Source: Chara braunii (Eukaryota; Plantae; Charophyceae). Taken from it: a stretch of 64,000 nucleotides of DNA. How positions within the stretch are numbered: position 1 is the stretch's first letter; each line of letters starts with the position of its first letter. The notes beneath the pieces are model-generated. The model saw nothing but the letters and a program-made list of their open reading frames with translations. It did not search any database and was not told the origin of the DNA. The translations under genes were made by a program, and so were the position numbers. Where the stretch lies: contig BFEA01000008.1 in NCBI GenBank assembly GCA_003427395.1, positions 799,545 through 863,544 on the forward strand, given 5' to 3'. Shown here one piece after another: positions 1 to 13,719 of the stretch.

Positions 1-356
1 ATGTCTTCCAAGGAACTTGAGGAACTCCGGAAGCAGTTGCAAGAACTTACTGACAAAGGATGGATTCACCCTAGCTCATCTCCTTATGGTGAACCCGTCT
101 TATTCGTGCCCAAAAAGGAAGGTGAACTTCGTCTGTGTATTGACTATCGTGGGCTGAACTTCGTCACTGTCAAAAACGCGAAACCTCTTCGGCGCATTGA
201 CGATCTTTTGAATCAGTTGCAGGGGTCCAGGTACTTTAGCAATATTGATCTCAAATCGAGGTGGCTCCTGAGAATAACACAAGACGACATTCCGAACCAG
301 GTATGGTCATTACGAGTTCATGGTTATGCCTTTCGGTTTGACCAACGCACCTTCGA
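1..356 (+). mobile_element. Ty3/gypsy reverse transcriptase fragment (frameshifted, truncated)
   Basis: [34 protein letters not shown]; after a frameshift [26 protein letters not shown]. Confidence 0.92.
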
Positions 357-360
357 CAGG

Positions 361-3300
361 TGGCGCCATTGCCAGGGATAACGGTTGCCTGCCGTTGTCC
401 CTGCTGGAACGACATCCGGGTATTGGAAAGTGAGAACTAGGCAAAGGGAGAAGCTTTCTTTGGACGTATATGGTTGATTGCTTGATGCCTTGACTATCTT
501 TGGGGATGTCTTAAAACTATGGCCTAAGTATGAAGTGTTGATTATTAGCGTATGCCCAGGTTACTTGCGGAAGGAAGTGTTTGGCTATACACTTAAGTAC
601 TCTAACGCATATAATAGTGGTCTTTGTGAGCACCTTGTTATCCTAAGTATCTTTTGATAATTGGGCAATACGTGGCATGTCTGATGTGGCCTTGGTTGAG
701 TTGAGGCAGCGTCCGCATTGTTGGGTATGTCCACTACCAAAGCAAGCTCAGTTGATAACTGTCAAAGCTACGATGATGGTGACTTGTTACGTGAGTACTG
801 TGTTGAGCCTGCTTTGGGAGTGAAGTCGTTAAGCTGAGGCGTCTCCCCCTTGTCAATAGAGTGTCCCTTTAGAGGAGGCTTCTGAAACGTGAGCGGCATG
901 GATGAGGGGGTGACTGATAGGCGCGAAGTGAGGGGTTTAATGGCAAAAATCTTTCCTTGAGTTCAGACTGAATTATGGTGTAATAAGTACTACGATGAAT
1001 ATTGTACCTAGACCCATTGATAGTATCAGTTGGTGATGGGGTGAGTCACTTGGAGATTGTCTAGTTGTAACTATCAATAAAGCTAAAGAAGTAGTGGTTA
1101 TTTGATTAGCGGTATGACTAACCCGAAGAGAGGCTTATGTTTTAAGTGTGTGCACTATATATGTATTTTTCTGTACTTTGTTTAATATATAATTGGCGAC
1201 GTATGTATGGATTGTCTTTCAGAGGGGACATAGATTTTGCATGAAACCCACGTCTGGCATGGGACCAGAGGTGAATAGGATGACTCGTTCCTGGGGAAGG
1301 TGATTCTTCCTCAAGGAATTAAGTCAACGTGTATAGTTGTCCTCAGTGGAAGTGCATTCTGGAATTGTTACTCCCTCGTTGAGGCTTAAGGAAGCAGCTA
1401 TCAGTCTCAAGAAGGATAGTGAGACTCACGCCGGAATTATATTCCTGGTCCATTAGTGAGGTATTGTTATCTTTCCTATGATAGGAGAGTGACTACATTA
1501 TCTGTTGAGAAGAGAGGAAGGGGTTTGTTACCTTGCCGAAATTGTGATGACCAAGTGAAACAACTACTGCTTAGTGAGAGCGATTCTGGAGTAGCGACCT
1601 AGACTCGTCTCGCGTTAAGCAGGGCCACCATATTTGTAAGGGCGCGAATTCGCTATTCGTTGCCTTAATAGGTATGAATGGGGTTGTCCATCTGGCCATG
1701 ACTACGTTCGGTGAGGCGCAAGCGCTGAAACACAAAAAAAAAAATAAGTTTAGATCAATCTTTATCTGCTAAAATACAGGATGTTCGAAAAAACAAGGAT
1801 TTGCTAGAAAAAAAAGAGATGATCTTCATAAAAAGAGAGTTGCGGTGAGGCTTGATCTTTAGAGCGGGGCTCAAGAGTCAAGATGTTATCTCACAAGGAT
1901 TACACCGACCGTCTGTATTAAATGCTTCGTTTAAAGAGTGGAAGGGGTGACAATTGTATCATGTTATTTACTCATTGCTAGTCTTATTTCTGCCTTATAG
2001 AATATGAAATACGTTCTTGAGAATTATCTTGTTATATGACTGGTAGTTGAGTTGGTTTTATGTTGGTTATCTTTGAAGCATACGTGTTTTTCAACTACAA
2101 CCCTAGCAAATAATTTGTGTTTATCAGACTATGCACTATTATAGTGAATATATATTTATTTATCATGGGTTGTACTTCATTTTGGATTCATGTTTGGAGT
2201 ATCCACCTATATGGCATATGTATATTATATCCTTCCTAAATAGCAGAAGTGATATTTGGTTAATGCCTGAGTTATAATTTGAGGGACTTATATGTGAATA
2301 TTTATGTCTTATTGCAGATGGATATTGGTTTAAAGACTCTCTCCGGTATCGCCGATCGCTCTAATATAGGTTTTTTTGTGCGCCCTTATGATAAGTGTCG
2401 GGGTTATCTAGTAGGGTATATTCTATTTTTGACTTAGATACGTAACTCCTCTTAAGTCTCGACCGTAACACTGCTCGTTGTTGTTCAACAGGTGATGGGG
2501 TTGAGGGAGCTCGAGATGGAAGGCACTCAAGGGAAGATTGGGGTCGAGGAGCTCGCCTCTCTGCTGGGTCTGCGAGATTGGGAGCGAGACAACTTACCCA
2601 AGGTTGAAATCGACTTCTTCAAGAGCTATCGCGTTTCTGACTTCCTTGATAAGTTTGAACAGATAGCATCTCACTGCAAGTGGAATGAGGAGCAGATGCT
2701 GAAAGAGGTGATTAAGTACATCCATATAGGCTTGAAGGATGAAGTCAGTGGGTTGATTAGAAGAGCGGGGTCGTCATGGAGGAGGTTTGATGATGACATG
2801 TGGAATAAATACCGGCTAGATGAGGAACAACTGACCAAAGACGATCTAGAGAAGATAGATCGATATAGTTATGTGTCAGTGGGGCTCTTCTTGGCGGAGT
2901 ATGAGCGCGCATCGCGCAAGGTCTGGGCGTTGTCTGAACATGACAAGTGCTTTGTCTTCCTCATGAACTTCACAGACGCCGAGCAGCGAGACTTGATTCG
3001 TGGGACAGGGGGGAGACTAATATGGGATAAGATCCGAGAGAACTTTGCGTAGGGGGATTTCGACCAGTACCTCTGCCATACTCTACAGGAAGCGAGGAAA
3101 AGGAAGGAGTTGCAAAGTTGTGGTTAGAACAAGCTGGATGAAGGCGCAAAGGAAGTTGTGGCAGGTGCTAGAGGGAATATGGAAGGCGAACCTCAGAAGG
3201 AGATTAAGAAATTTAAGCGAAATGACAAGTGGGATGAAGAGAACAAGGCGAGGGCCTGCGTTGATAAAGCAGGGGAGGCTGAAGTCAGAGACGTCGTGCC

Positions 3301-4787
3301 TCATACCTGTGAGAGGACAATTGACATCCCGAGTAAGGAGAAGAAAGGGAGACAAAGGGAACAAAAGCAAGTAGATATGGCCCCACCTATTGTTGAAAGT
3401 AGGACGGATCGTAGAATGAAGAGAATGCGAAACCGACAGACAAAGATAGCATGTGCTTGTTGCGGAAAGACTGGTCATACCCCTCGTAGATGTAAGATGG
3501 TAAAGGAAGGCGTTAAGGGGTGAGACCGTTGTGCTTTAGGCAAGGGCTTGGTTCCTCTCAATAACTATCACCATTTTATTTGTCTCGTAGCAAGAAAGCG
3601 ATGATGGAATGGTGTCAATAGTTTTGAAACAACTTATAAATAAACATTTGAGAGGCTATGACGGTGCAAAAGACCCAACGGCCAGACAGATAGACGATCA
3701 TCTACTCATTTTGCTTTTAAGCTGAGTCTCCAAGTTTCATGAGACATAGATTTTATCTTGTGTATATTTCTGATTTCGAATGAGAATCCTTATTTTTGGG
3801 ACTGTGTGTACGCTCCAAGTTTAACTATCCACCCTCTAAAATGATTCCAGGCTTGGTTGAATGTAAGTAGAGGTCATGTAAGGTTCGATTGTCCGTACGC
3901 TGACATCCTTTCACCTTCATGGGAACGATTGGGATTGTTTTGTGTATATCAATCTTTTATGACTTATGGTATACGAGGTCATTTGTTTTTGGTTGAGACC
4001 TGGATTTGTGGTGGTTTGAGTGGTGGTTTGAGGCTTGTGAAGGCTTGAGACTCGGGATAATCTGATTTTCTTCCTTTCTTCTAAGGACCATCTTGATATC
4101 GGTTTTGATTTCCCTGGGTTGCAAAATCATGCGTGTTCTGGTTGTCATTGGCATTCTCACCATGGTGGATTTGTGGGTTTTCATGTATTTGTTCTATTTG
4201 ACATATGAGAAGGAAAGTCTTAACTGTGTGTAATGAACGAGTGACAAAAGGGTCAATGAAGAGTGCTTGAACCGGGGAGGGTTCAATGAAGTGAGGAAAG
4301 CGTGATTATCAGTGGAGGATTTTTGGGAGATTTAAAAAATCCAGAAAATCATATTGAGAGAGAGGTTATGGCCGAGGGCGGCCTAAACGGTTGATGGTCT
4401 TATTGGGACCCATCTCCGAGTGGAAGATATTTTAAAGATTATATGAAATGCTTATCCTTGAGTGGGAAGGATAGCTGAAATAGTTTGGTTGAGGGATTTG
4501 CCTTCCTGACATGTATACAGCAACCACTCTGCCCTGGGCTCATAACTGTCAGCAAGGGACTCTCGGCAGGGGAACCTGTCATGTATACGGGACCCTCACT
4601 GAACCTTTGGTTATGGACTGCGAGTGGTTTAGTCTGCGCCAGAGGGTAGGGGTTATACTGTCATGTATACAGCAATGTCACCCTACCCAAGGCTCATAGC
4701 TGTCAGTAAGGGAGATTGAAACCTGCCATGTATATGGGACCCTCACTTGGCCCTTGGTTGTGAACTGCGAGTGGCTAGCCTGCGACA
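361..4787 (+). mobile_element. Non-autonomous gag-only LTR retrotransposon (PBS-Asp, gag, PPT, short 3' LTR; 5' LTR missing)
   Basis: PBS TGGCGCCATTGCCAGGGA at 361-378; gag 2492-3523; PPT AGAGGGTAGGGG at 4641-4652; LTR TGTC...GACA at 4659-4787. Confidence 0.6.
2492..3523 (+). pseudogene. Retrotransposon gag with CCHC zinc knuckle; two in-frame TAG stops
   Basis: ORFs 2492-3052 and 3158-3523 share a frame; VSDFLDKFEQIA gag-like motif; C-AC-C-GKTG-H-TPRR-C. Confidence 0.8.
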
Positions 4788-5518
4788 ATATTTCCCGTGA
4801 TTGAGAAAAAGCAAGGGAAAATGGTTGATTATGGTGAGATTTTAGAAAATATAAACGTTGAATTTTATTTCCCGGACTCGTTGCTGCCTGTACCACCTGC
4901 TCCCCCAGTTTCTTCAAGTGGTAACTTCTCTACAGTCTCATCATCAAATATGTGGTCCTGGCGNNNNNNNNNNNNNNNNNNNNNNNNNNNNNNNNNNNNN
5001 NNNNNNNNNNNNNNNNNNNNNNNNNNNNNNNNNNNNNNNNNNNNNNNNNNNNNNNNNNNNNNNNNNNNNNNNNNNNNNNNNNNNNNNNNNNNNNNNNNNN
5101 NNNNNNNNNNNNNNNNNNNNNNNNNNNNNNNNNNNNNNNNNNNNNNNNNNNNNNNNNNNNNNNNNNNNNNNNNNNNNNNNNNNNNNNNNNNNNNNNNNNN
5201 NNNNNNNNNNNNNNNNNNNNNNNNNNNNNNNNNNNNNNNNNNNNNNNNNNNNNNNNNNNNNNNNNNNNNNNNNNNNNNNNNNNNNNNNNNNNNNNNNNNN
5301 NNNNNNNNNNNNNNNNNNNNNNNNNNNNNNNNNNNNNNNNNNNNNNNNNNNNNNNNNNNNNNNNNNNNNNNNNNNNNNNNNNNNNNNNNNNNNNNNNNNN
5401 NNNNNNNNNNNNNNNNNNNNNNNNNNNNNNNNNNNNNNNNNNNNNNNNNNNNNNNNNNNNNNNNNNNNNNNNNNNNNNNNNNNNNNNNNNNNNNNNNNNN
5501 NNNNNNNNNNNNNNNNNN

Positions 5519-8500
5519 ACTGTCCCGATTTCACTACCGAAGCGTACGACCCTTTTACCTTAGTGGTCATCTGCTCTTTTTGGAGAGCGAGATCGCGAAA
5601 CCATCGATAGTTATACTTACCAGACTTCGATTCTGCCACGAGTTGTCCACGAATAGGCTCGGGCAAAGCACGTGAGTAGATATAAAGGACCTGGTTGTCT
5701 TGTAGGTTTAGTCCAGGTACCTGCAACAGACGATCAACTTCACGCAACAAAGCTTCAACCGAAGTCCAACGTTTCTGGCCAATGGTGGTGAGTTCGTCGA
5801 AGGCCTTATCGGTCGTCGTCTCAGCCAGAAACCTCTCCAATGTTTTGGAGAAATTGCTCAAGATTCAGTGTGTTCGCCCACTCACCAACGTCTTCAAAGC
5901 CAGCGGCATTGGCTTCGGCCAGCACCCATGCCTTAGCCACTCCTCCCAAACAAGATGTGGAGAATGCGACCTGACTCTCAAGCTCAATGGGTGTTGTCCC
6001 TACGAAAGTCTGGATTTCGTCAATCCACAACAACAGGTTTTCTTCCTTAAACGGTTCTTCCTTCTTAGCCGGTTCTTCTTTCTTCTCGGCTGGTTCTTCT
6101 TTGTTTCCTGCCGGTTCCTGGGACTCTTTCTTCGAGGGTCCAGGTTTGTCTTCCTTCCGCATTGCATCTTTCAGAAATTTCTCTTGGGGTGGTTTCCTTT
6201 CTACTTCCCCCTTCTTCGCCTCCTCAAAACTCACCTTGTCCTTTCCTTTCATCATTCTCATCATAGTTTCTAATGAGACAGTGTTAGAATCTATCTTGTT
6301 TTCAAGATGAACAAGATAAGCCATAATAGATTGCAACAAGGATTACAGATCAGTCTCAGCTTCCTTGAAGTGAAACCGTGAACCCCCCTTGCTTTATAAG
6401 GTCCTCGACCCTCCGACCGGTTTCCATCATCTCAACAGCAGTTTAAGCGGTCTCAAGTTCATTCTCTGCAGCTCGCAGGTTGAACTGTCTGTGAACGTGC
6501 TGTTCAGCTGCTGGACCGGCACCATGTATCTCACCAAGCAATTGACGAAGAAGGCCCTTAAAGTTTGCCTACTTGCGTCAATCTGCCCACGAGTTTTCAG
6601 TTCCCCCCCCTTCAGCATTGGCATAGACAATGAGAGGGATAGGAAAGAAGAGAAGTGGAATGAACCGCATCAGAATGGAGGCACGCAGACTTTTCCAGTG
6701 AGAGTTCATTTTCCTACACATATAAATGCTGCACAATAAATAAAATCAAAAGACAAAAATAAATTCCACAACAAGAATAATCAACAAAAGAAATGAGTTG
6801 TCAATCAGTTTCTCTATTTTAAGTTTGCTGTCTGTTTTCTATGAGATGACGTTCTACAGCTACAGGTACCGCAGCCACGGCCAGTGTGATCAAGACAACA
6901 GCACACTTGTGAGTACACACGGCAACCACAGACAATCAACAGGTAAGTAGAAAGCCAGCACAGCAATACAATCAATGGTTAGCTCCTAGTCTACCATCTG
7001 TAGAAGCAATGCAATCATCAACAACAAGTGCACACTTACACTCTCAGCAGCCTGTGTGCATGCCACGTGTCACACCTGGCTTGCCAACGCAGCAGTACTG
7101 CCACATCAGCATCAAGGACCGGAACTGTCTACAAGGAGGGATGCCATGTTGCAGTGCAGGTCTGCTACACACTCAACACTGGTATGCCACTTCAAATGCA
7201 GCATCAGCAGGCAACAACGACATAGGTATGTGCCACATCAGACCATGCCCTGCATTTCACCACATGCCACGTCAACAGTACCAGCGCCACGTCAGCCCGT
7301 TGCCAACTAAGCTCTTGCCGGTGTAGATCTTCAATGCAGCCTCGTCATCATCTTCAAGGGATTGTTGCTCGCACGTGCAATACTACCATGTCTAGACTTG
7401 CAGTATGACTGCGCGTGTTATTAAACGCGTTTCGTTTTGCAGATGCGGCACTTCCCACTTACCTGGGTGCCACTTCAGAACCTGACAGCAGACAGCAGAT
7501 TGCGATGAAGAAGTTTGCTCTGATACCAAATTGAAATGAACCCTGTCTTGCAGATGCTCAGAAGTCGTCAAACCTCAGTAGTCTCATTATTTGCATGAAA
7601 GTCTCCAAATCGTGAAGTGATATCTCACACAGTAACTCGTTACCATCACAAGAAGAAAGTGGAGGGGGAACAGACAAAGGAGAAAAAGAAAGATCACACA
7701 ATAATCCCTTAGATCCCATTTCGTCTGCGGGCTTCCTCCCTCTCCACATCAACAATGATAACAAGTATATTCCTGATCACACACAGTAGTGGCACGGGGC
7801 ACTATAACTCGTGAAGACCATGACACTTCAACTCGTGAAGACCATGAAGACATAGCAGATTCGGGTGTCGCCGTCAACCTCAGGTGAGTACCTGATCCCC
7901 TTCATCCACAGATCCCGATCTTCCTCCTTCACGCAACCAGTTACCTTATGTAGTCAGCGTAGACAGTGCCACGTCAGCAATTGCGATAGGTGGCATATGC
8001 CACATCAGCATGAAACCAGAGGCAGCGCCACATCAGCATGCAATGTAGACCAGAGGTAGCGCCACGTCAGCATGCAATGTACACCAGAGGTAGCGCCACA
8101 TCCGCATGCAATATAGACCAGAGGTAGCGCCACATCAGCATGCAATGCAGACCAGAGGTAGTGCCATATCAGCATGCAATGTAGACCAGATGTAGCGCCA
8201 CATCCGCATGCCACCTCAGCAAGACTGGCGCAATAATGCAGAAGCGCCAGCATGCTGCCTCCCACCTTGTGCAGTTGTCCGCAACGCCTGTGCACAGCCA
8301 GCATGTAGCCAGCGTCGCGCCAGCATGAAGCCAACGTCTAGTCAAATTCGAGCCAGCGTCAAAGCAGCATAGCAAGCCTGAATGCTTGACTCACTCGAGG
8401 CCAGCCTTAAGTAACCGAATGTCGAGGCTGTCTGGCCTCGGGTGCTTTCCCCGCAGTTGTCCAGAGTTTGTCACAGCTGAGCGCCCGGATTGTTCAGTTG

Positions 8501-8545
8501 CAGACTTCTCCCGTAGACCTGATGCTGTCTAGGTACCTGTGTACA
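5519..8545 (-). mobile_element. LTR retrotransposon 5' part: LTR (~7532-8545), PBS-Met, frameshifted gag running into a gap
   Basis: TGGTATCAGAGC on the minus strand at 7517-7528 next to ...TTCA; gag peptide LLLWIDEIQTFVG...CLGGVAKAWV in minus ORFs 5520-6630; outer LTR end tentative. Confidence 0.8.
8019..8210. repeat. 34-bp minisatellite (~5-6 copies) inside the LTR
   Basis: Unit GAGGTAGCGCCACATCAGCATGCAATGTAGACCA, head-to-tail with no spacers. Confidence 0.9.
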
Positions 8546-9336
8546 AACAAGTATGTGTGCTTGACCAGTGGACTGGGCTAGGTACCTTTGGACTTTGACT
8601 GTTGGGTTTCCGGCGGTTGACTTTTGTCAACTGTTTCTCGTCCAGGCCCCGAGTCTTGGCTGGGGTCTTTTTCCCCGTTTTGGCCTGGGCCTGTAGATTC
8701 TACGAGGCTTGCTACATGGGTTATTGCATGTGGAAAGATCACGACCTATCCTACAGGATCTCCTGTTTTCGTATTTTTTTCTTAATTTTTCTGAGCGTGA
8801 AAATTGCCAAAGTTGGCGCATGAAAATTGTGGGACTGGACCGGCCTGCGCCTCCCGGTTGCCCCCGCCCCCCAAAAGATCCGCTACGAACTCACCGGAAT
8901 TCCACTTTTGGTGTGGGGTAGAGTGGTGGTTTAAGCAAATGCGCAAAGTATAAGCTGGCGGCATGCTGAAAAATGAACAGGAGTAACTGGATTGCCAAGC
9001 CTGCTGAGAGAATGTCGGCTTAGCGTGTAGTCGGCTTGGAATGTCAGCCCAGCAATGGCCGGGGATGTGGCAACTGAGGTGCTCCTTCCTTGGGCGGAGC
9101 ACGTGCGGTTGAGTGGGGTGGTGCTTTCTGCCCCTTTGGCTATCGCACGTCGCTCCCGCCTTGGCTGGGTGGAAGAGCTTCGTGTTCACTGGGAGGGGCT
9201 TGAGTGCAAAGTGCGGCATTGCACTTACCTCACGGCTATCTCCTCTTTTGTTTGTTTTGGGTTCAATAGAGATTTTTGATTTCCTAAGCAGCATTGTTGC
9301 TGTTTTCTCGCTGGTAAATGTGGCATGTGTTTGCAG

Positions 9337-9550
9337 TCTAAGAAATTTGCGTCATCAACTTCATCTTCGGAAGCAGGAACTGTATGTTGAGGCTGATTCA
9401 CCACCGGAGGGAGGCCACAGACAAGCACAATCGTTGAGGGCAAAGGTGTGTCGTTCAGATGTGGTGTCTGCTGTGTGGAAGCTGGTTCGCTTGTGTATGG
9501 ACGAGGACGGTGCAGAAGTTTGTGAAGCCGCGGGCGAGTACTTGGCCTCG
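9337..9550 (+). CDS. ATM: ATM exon A (LRNLRHQL...AVWKLVRLC...AGEYLAS)
   Basis: tttgcAG acceptor ending 9336; GTAGGA donor at 9551; ATM-like peptide. Confidence 0.85.
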
Positions 9551-9794
9551 GTAGGAACTCATGTCCTGAAATGAAGTCTCGTAGACAGTGTGGACACATT
9601 TTTGTTTCACAATTTTCTATCACACCCCCATCTGCCCTCTTGTCATGTTTTATCACTCGAGGGTGCCCCTCTTTGGGCTGATTCATACATATTGAAAAGC
9701 AAAATTTTAAAGTGGTAAAAAAGAGACCATAGCAAGTGAGAAAGGGTTTTGACAATCAATTGGTTTATAGAAAATCTGTGTTTCAGATATCTCA

Positions 9795-12283
9795 CCTAGC
9801 CCCCCCCCCACACGGAATTAACACCCGTAGGCATGCAATGGGCAGACCCTGCAGTCCCAATCCGTCCCCTAGGAATCCTATTATCGGCCATGATCAATAA
9901 ATTGCACAGATGACAACAAGCCCATACATCACTCCTAGGCAGGGTTCTAGCCCTGAACAACTCGGTACGAGCCATGATGTGGTACGCTACCTTGATTTGG
10001 TTCCCCTCTTCAGACTTCCAACAGCAGATCAAGAAAAGAGCAACAGCATACCTATGGACCGGTAACCCAGACAAACAACACTTCATCCACAAAGTAGCAT
10101 GGCAGATAGTCACCACGCCCAAGGAAAAGGGAGGACTAGGACTCCTAGATCCGACACGCCAAATACAAGCCTTACAAACAAAATGGATTCTGAGACTGAC
10201 TCTACAGAGCAATCTGCAGTGGGTACCCCTTGCGCTCAATCACATCGAAGAACTGGATCCTTTCAAATCCCCACCAAACATGTCCGGCCTCTTCTGGGCA
10301 TTTAACAAACGGTGGCCCCTTCCAAGAATGAACAAGTCCCGTGCCCCCCATCTGCACCGCCCGAGAAGGGAAGATGAAGTTCTAAGACAACCCATTTTTG
10401 GCAACCCCTGGATCAAGGATGATAAAGACGAAAGCCTCTCCCTTTCCAAAACAGACGCCAAATGTGGGCGCTGGCTTGAAAAAGGAATATGGCAAATCCA
10501 ACATCTGTGGAATGACTCAACAAACAACTGGAAGGAGGAAAAGGACCTCAGAACTACCCTAAAAGGAAGCCACAACCTTCAAGCCAATCTAGCAAGCACG
10601 AAAGCATCCCAATAGAGTGGCGACACCTATTAAAATCAGAGCAAAAATGGATTGCACAGAAGAATCAAACAACTACAAGGCGCCTTTCTTAAGCGGAAGT
10701 ACACAACAATGAATGGATTACATGCAGCATTTTCCCCCAGGAAGACCCAGGCAACCCGGTGAGCTTCCTGAACGCGGAAAGCAGAGCAGAGGGATCCTTT
10801 AAAGTAAGTATAAGAGTACTAGAAAGTGAACGAAATAGAGTATATCGGCCGGAGACTGACATCCGCCACCTCGAAATTGACCCCTCCGAATGGTCATGGG
10901 GCATCCCAGGCACCACCGCTACGACAGTCCACAGACACAAAATAACAGACTACACCCCCAAACTAGGCTACAAACTGCTCTCCACTCCCATCTCTACATC
11001 GACGATAGTACAGAAAAGATGGCAAAAGGAAGAAAGCGCACTGGCCAACGTATCCTTCAAACCCTCCTGGAATTCAATCTTCTGCGCTAGACCAGTTAAA
11101 TTAGCCAGCCTACTCTGGCTCATAACCTATAGAGCAGTCCCTGTGAACCACTGGCTGGCACATAGTCGAAGAAAGGAGGACAGATCAGAACAAGAATCAT
11201 GGTGCAAAGTCTGCAACTCTCAAGCCACAGCGACACTCAACCACTGCTTCCTAGAATGTGAGAAGGCTCAGACCCTATGGAAGGAGATAGAACAGACTTG
11301 GAATAGGCATTCAAGCAAAACGTTACAAATCAACCCCAGCACCCTATTCTTAGACATCGAACAGGTCCCCCAGCTCAAAGGTTTCAACCTTTTCTTCTTC
11401 TCAGTAATCAGGAAAGCCTCACTTTGGGCGATCTGGAAAAGAAGATGCATCTCGACTTTTGAAGATTACACCAGCAACCAATAAACCCTCATAACTATCA
11501 AACACCTAATAGAGACCGAAATCCACGCCCTCTGGAAAGAAAACACAGATTCAAATACAAAACACACCAGACAAAAAACTCGAGCTAGAATGTGAGAAGG
11601 CTCAGACCCTATGGAAGGAGATAGAACAGACCTGGAACAGGCATTCAAGCAAAACGTTACAAATCAACCCCAGCACCCTATTCTTAGACATCGAACAGGT
11701 CCCCCAGCTCATAGGTTTCGACCTTTTCTTCTTCTCAGTAATTAGGAAAGCCTCACTTTGGGCAATCTGGAAAAGAAGATGCGTCTTGACTTTTGAAGAT
11801 TACCCCAGCAACCAATAAACCCTCCTCATAACTATCAAACACCTAATAGAGACCGAAATCCACGCCCTCTGGAAAGAAAACACAGATTCAAATACAAAAC
11901 ACACCAGACAAAAAGCTCGAGATTACCAAAAGATTTACGGCAGGAAAACTGGGAGGAGGTAATCTGGGCACGATAGAAGGGAACAGACTGGTCTTGAAAG
12001 ACTGGTTCACTCTGCCACCCATCACTTTTCCGGACCCGGGAAATCCCGCACAACCACCCAGGACACAATTCGACTTTCAACCGGTCCAAGGACCGACTGA
12101 CAACCCAGATGTGCACATCTAACATCGATGGAGAGAATAACATGTTTTAAGCAAGGACTCAATCAGCCGGAGGAAAATCAAAGGAACAAGCAAAAGACAA
12201 CTGATGAAGGGAACACGGGTCCCAGCCAACAACAGGCTAGCAGCCGACAAAAAAAGAATCATTAGTAATTTACTCTATCACCC
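9795..12283 (+). mobile_element. 5'-truncated L1-type LINE (ORF2 C-terminus with zf-RVT) flanked by a 75-bp direct repeat
   Basis: YLWTG..KVAWQIVTTPKEKGGLGL and CKVC..LNHCFLEC; flanks 9720-9794 and 12284-12358. Confidence 0.9.
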
Positions 12284-13187
12284 AAAGAGACCATAGCAAG
12301 CGAGAAAGGGTTTTGAGAATCAATTGGTTTATAGAAAATCTGTGTTTCAGATATCTCAAGATCCATCAAGAGATATGTTATAAGAGAAACTATTAGTGCT
12401 CGTTTCTCCTCTAACAAAGTCCGATCGTTCCCAAACCTATTATGCTGGACCTTTCTTTTGCCTCACCCTGGACCTCCCAAGCCTTGGCACTTTGCAGGCA
12501 GAGCACACTTTTCGTTTTGGGTCAGGCTGTGTGATCTGGTGTTGGAAGCCTGAGGTTGCAGTTCGGGGAAAGGCATGCAAGACTTCCCCCAGGCTGCTAG
12601 AGTGTTGTGGTGGGAAGGCATCAGGGACAATGCTGGGTGAAGGCAAATCAAAAAGCTCTTCACACTGGTGCAGTGAACAAGAGAGACATTTCAAAGTCTT
12701 GGTAATGGAGGCATTCCTGGCAATTTCATGAGTGCAATCACCTACGGAGGCCCGCAGTTGCAGTTCTTGTGCGCCCATGCTTAGCCAGCTCCATGCTTCT
12801 AAACGGGCCTGTGACCTCCTTTAGTGCTTGTGCAGTTGGAGAAGGGGTTGAATGAGAAGGGGTTGAAGGCAAATAAACAAGTTCATCAGCCTAGTACAGC
12901 AAAAAGAGAAATTCCACTACAAATTCTAATGGGGGTCTTCCTGCTAATGAAAAACATAGTAAGAGGCATTGTGATAGCTGCGAAATCCTGCCAATGGAGG
13001 TATTCCTGCTGACGAAAAACAAAGTAATAGACAATGTAGTGGCAAATTTTTTTTTTTGTCAACTGCTGATGTGACTAAATCTCATTTGTATCGTAATTTT
13101 CGTAAACGATTTTGGTTAAACCGCCCTGAAAGCTGCATGGTATTGGATTCTGAAGAGAAAATGGTGTCTCAACGAGGAGGAATGGTC

Positions 13188-13520
13188 TAGGCTACTTGGG
13201 TCACCCGGCCGTGCACCCTGGGCAAGTCGCCCAGGGGTCACCTGCACGGGACACCCTGTGCAGGCAAAAATCATCCCTTTATTTTTTATTTTTTATTTTT
13301 TTTAACGTGGAGGCTTTCTGAGCATGGCCATAGGAGCCTAAATCTGGGCTTCTTTCTTTTTTAGAGTGTTGGCTGTCCAGGGGGGGGAAGTGGGCTATAA
13401 ATTGGTTTTTAAGTGGCTAAAGGGGTTTATGAGGGGGGTTCCTTAGTCTGATTCTGTTTTTTTTTTTTTTTTTTTTTTTTTGTTGGCACTGAGGCTGCCC
13501 GGTGTCACGTGCATTGGCCC
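13188..13520 (+). mobile_element. Partial MITE of the CTAGGCTACTTGG family
   Basis: Same start and internal segment (GGAGCC.AAATC.GGCT...GTGTTGGCTGTC) as 25288-25716. Confidence 0.55.
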
Positions 13521-13719
13521 CCGGCTTTTTCTGCAAAGGCGGAAGCCCTCCCACCGCATCTCGCACAAGTTGAAGAAAATAAAAAAGAGACAGACAGCGT
13601 CGAATTGTCGTGAGCCGCCTAGATGGATGCGGTGATTTTGCCGCCACCACTCTAGCCGCGTGCGCCGGCCGTACCTCTCATGGTCCCCTGAGACAGGACA
13701 TGTTCTTGCGAGGCACAAC

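Noticed and set aside
4797-5861. Long ORFs spanning N gaps (also 28324-28929, 29994-31272, 38654-39469)
   Set aside because: Their length comes from Ns; only the gag part and ATM exon C within them are real.
8019-8210. 34-bp repeats as a CRISPR array
   Set aside because: Units are head-to-tail with no unique spacers, lie inside an LTR, and there are no cas genes in this eukaryotic context.
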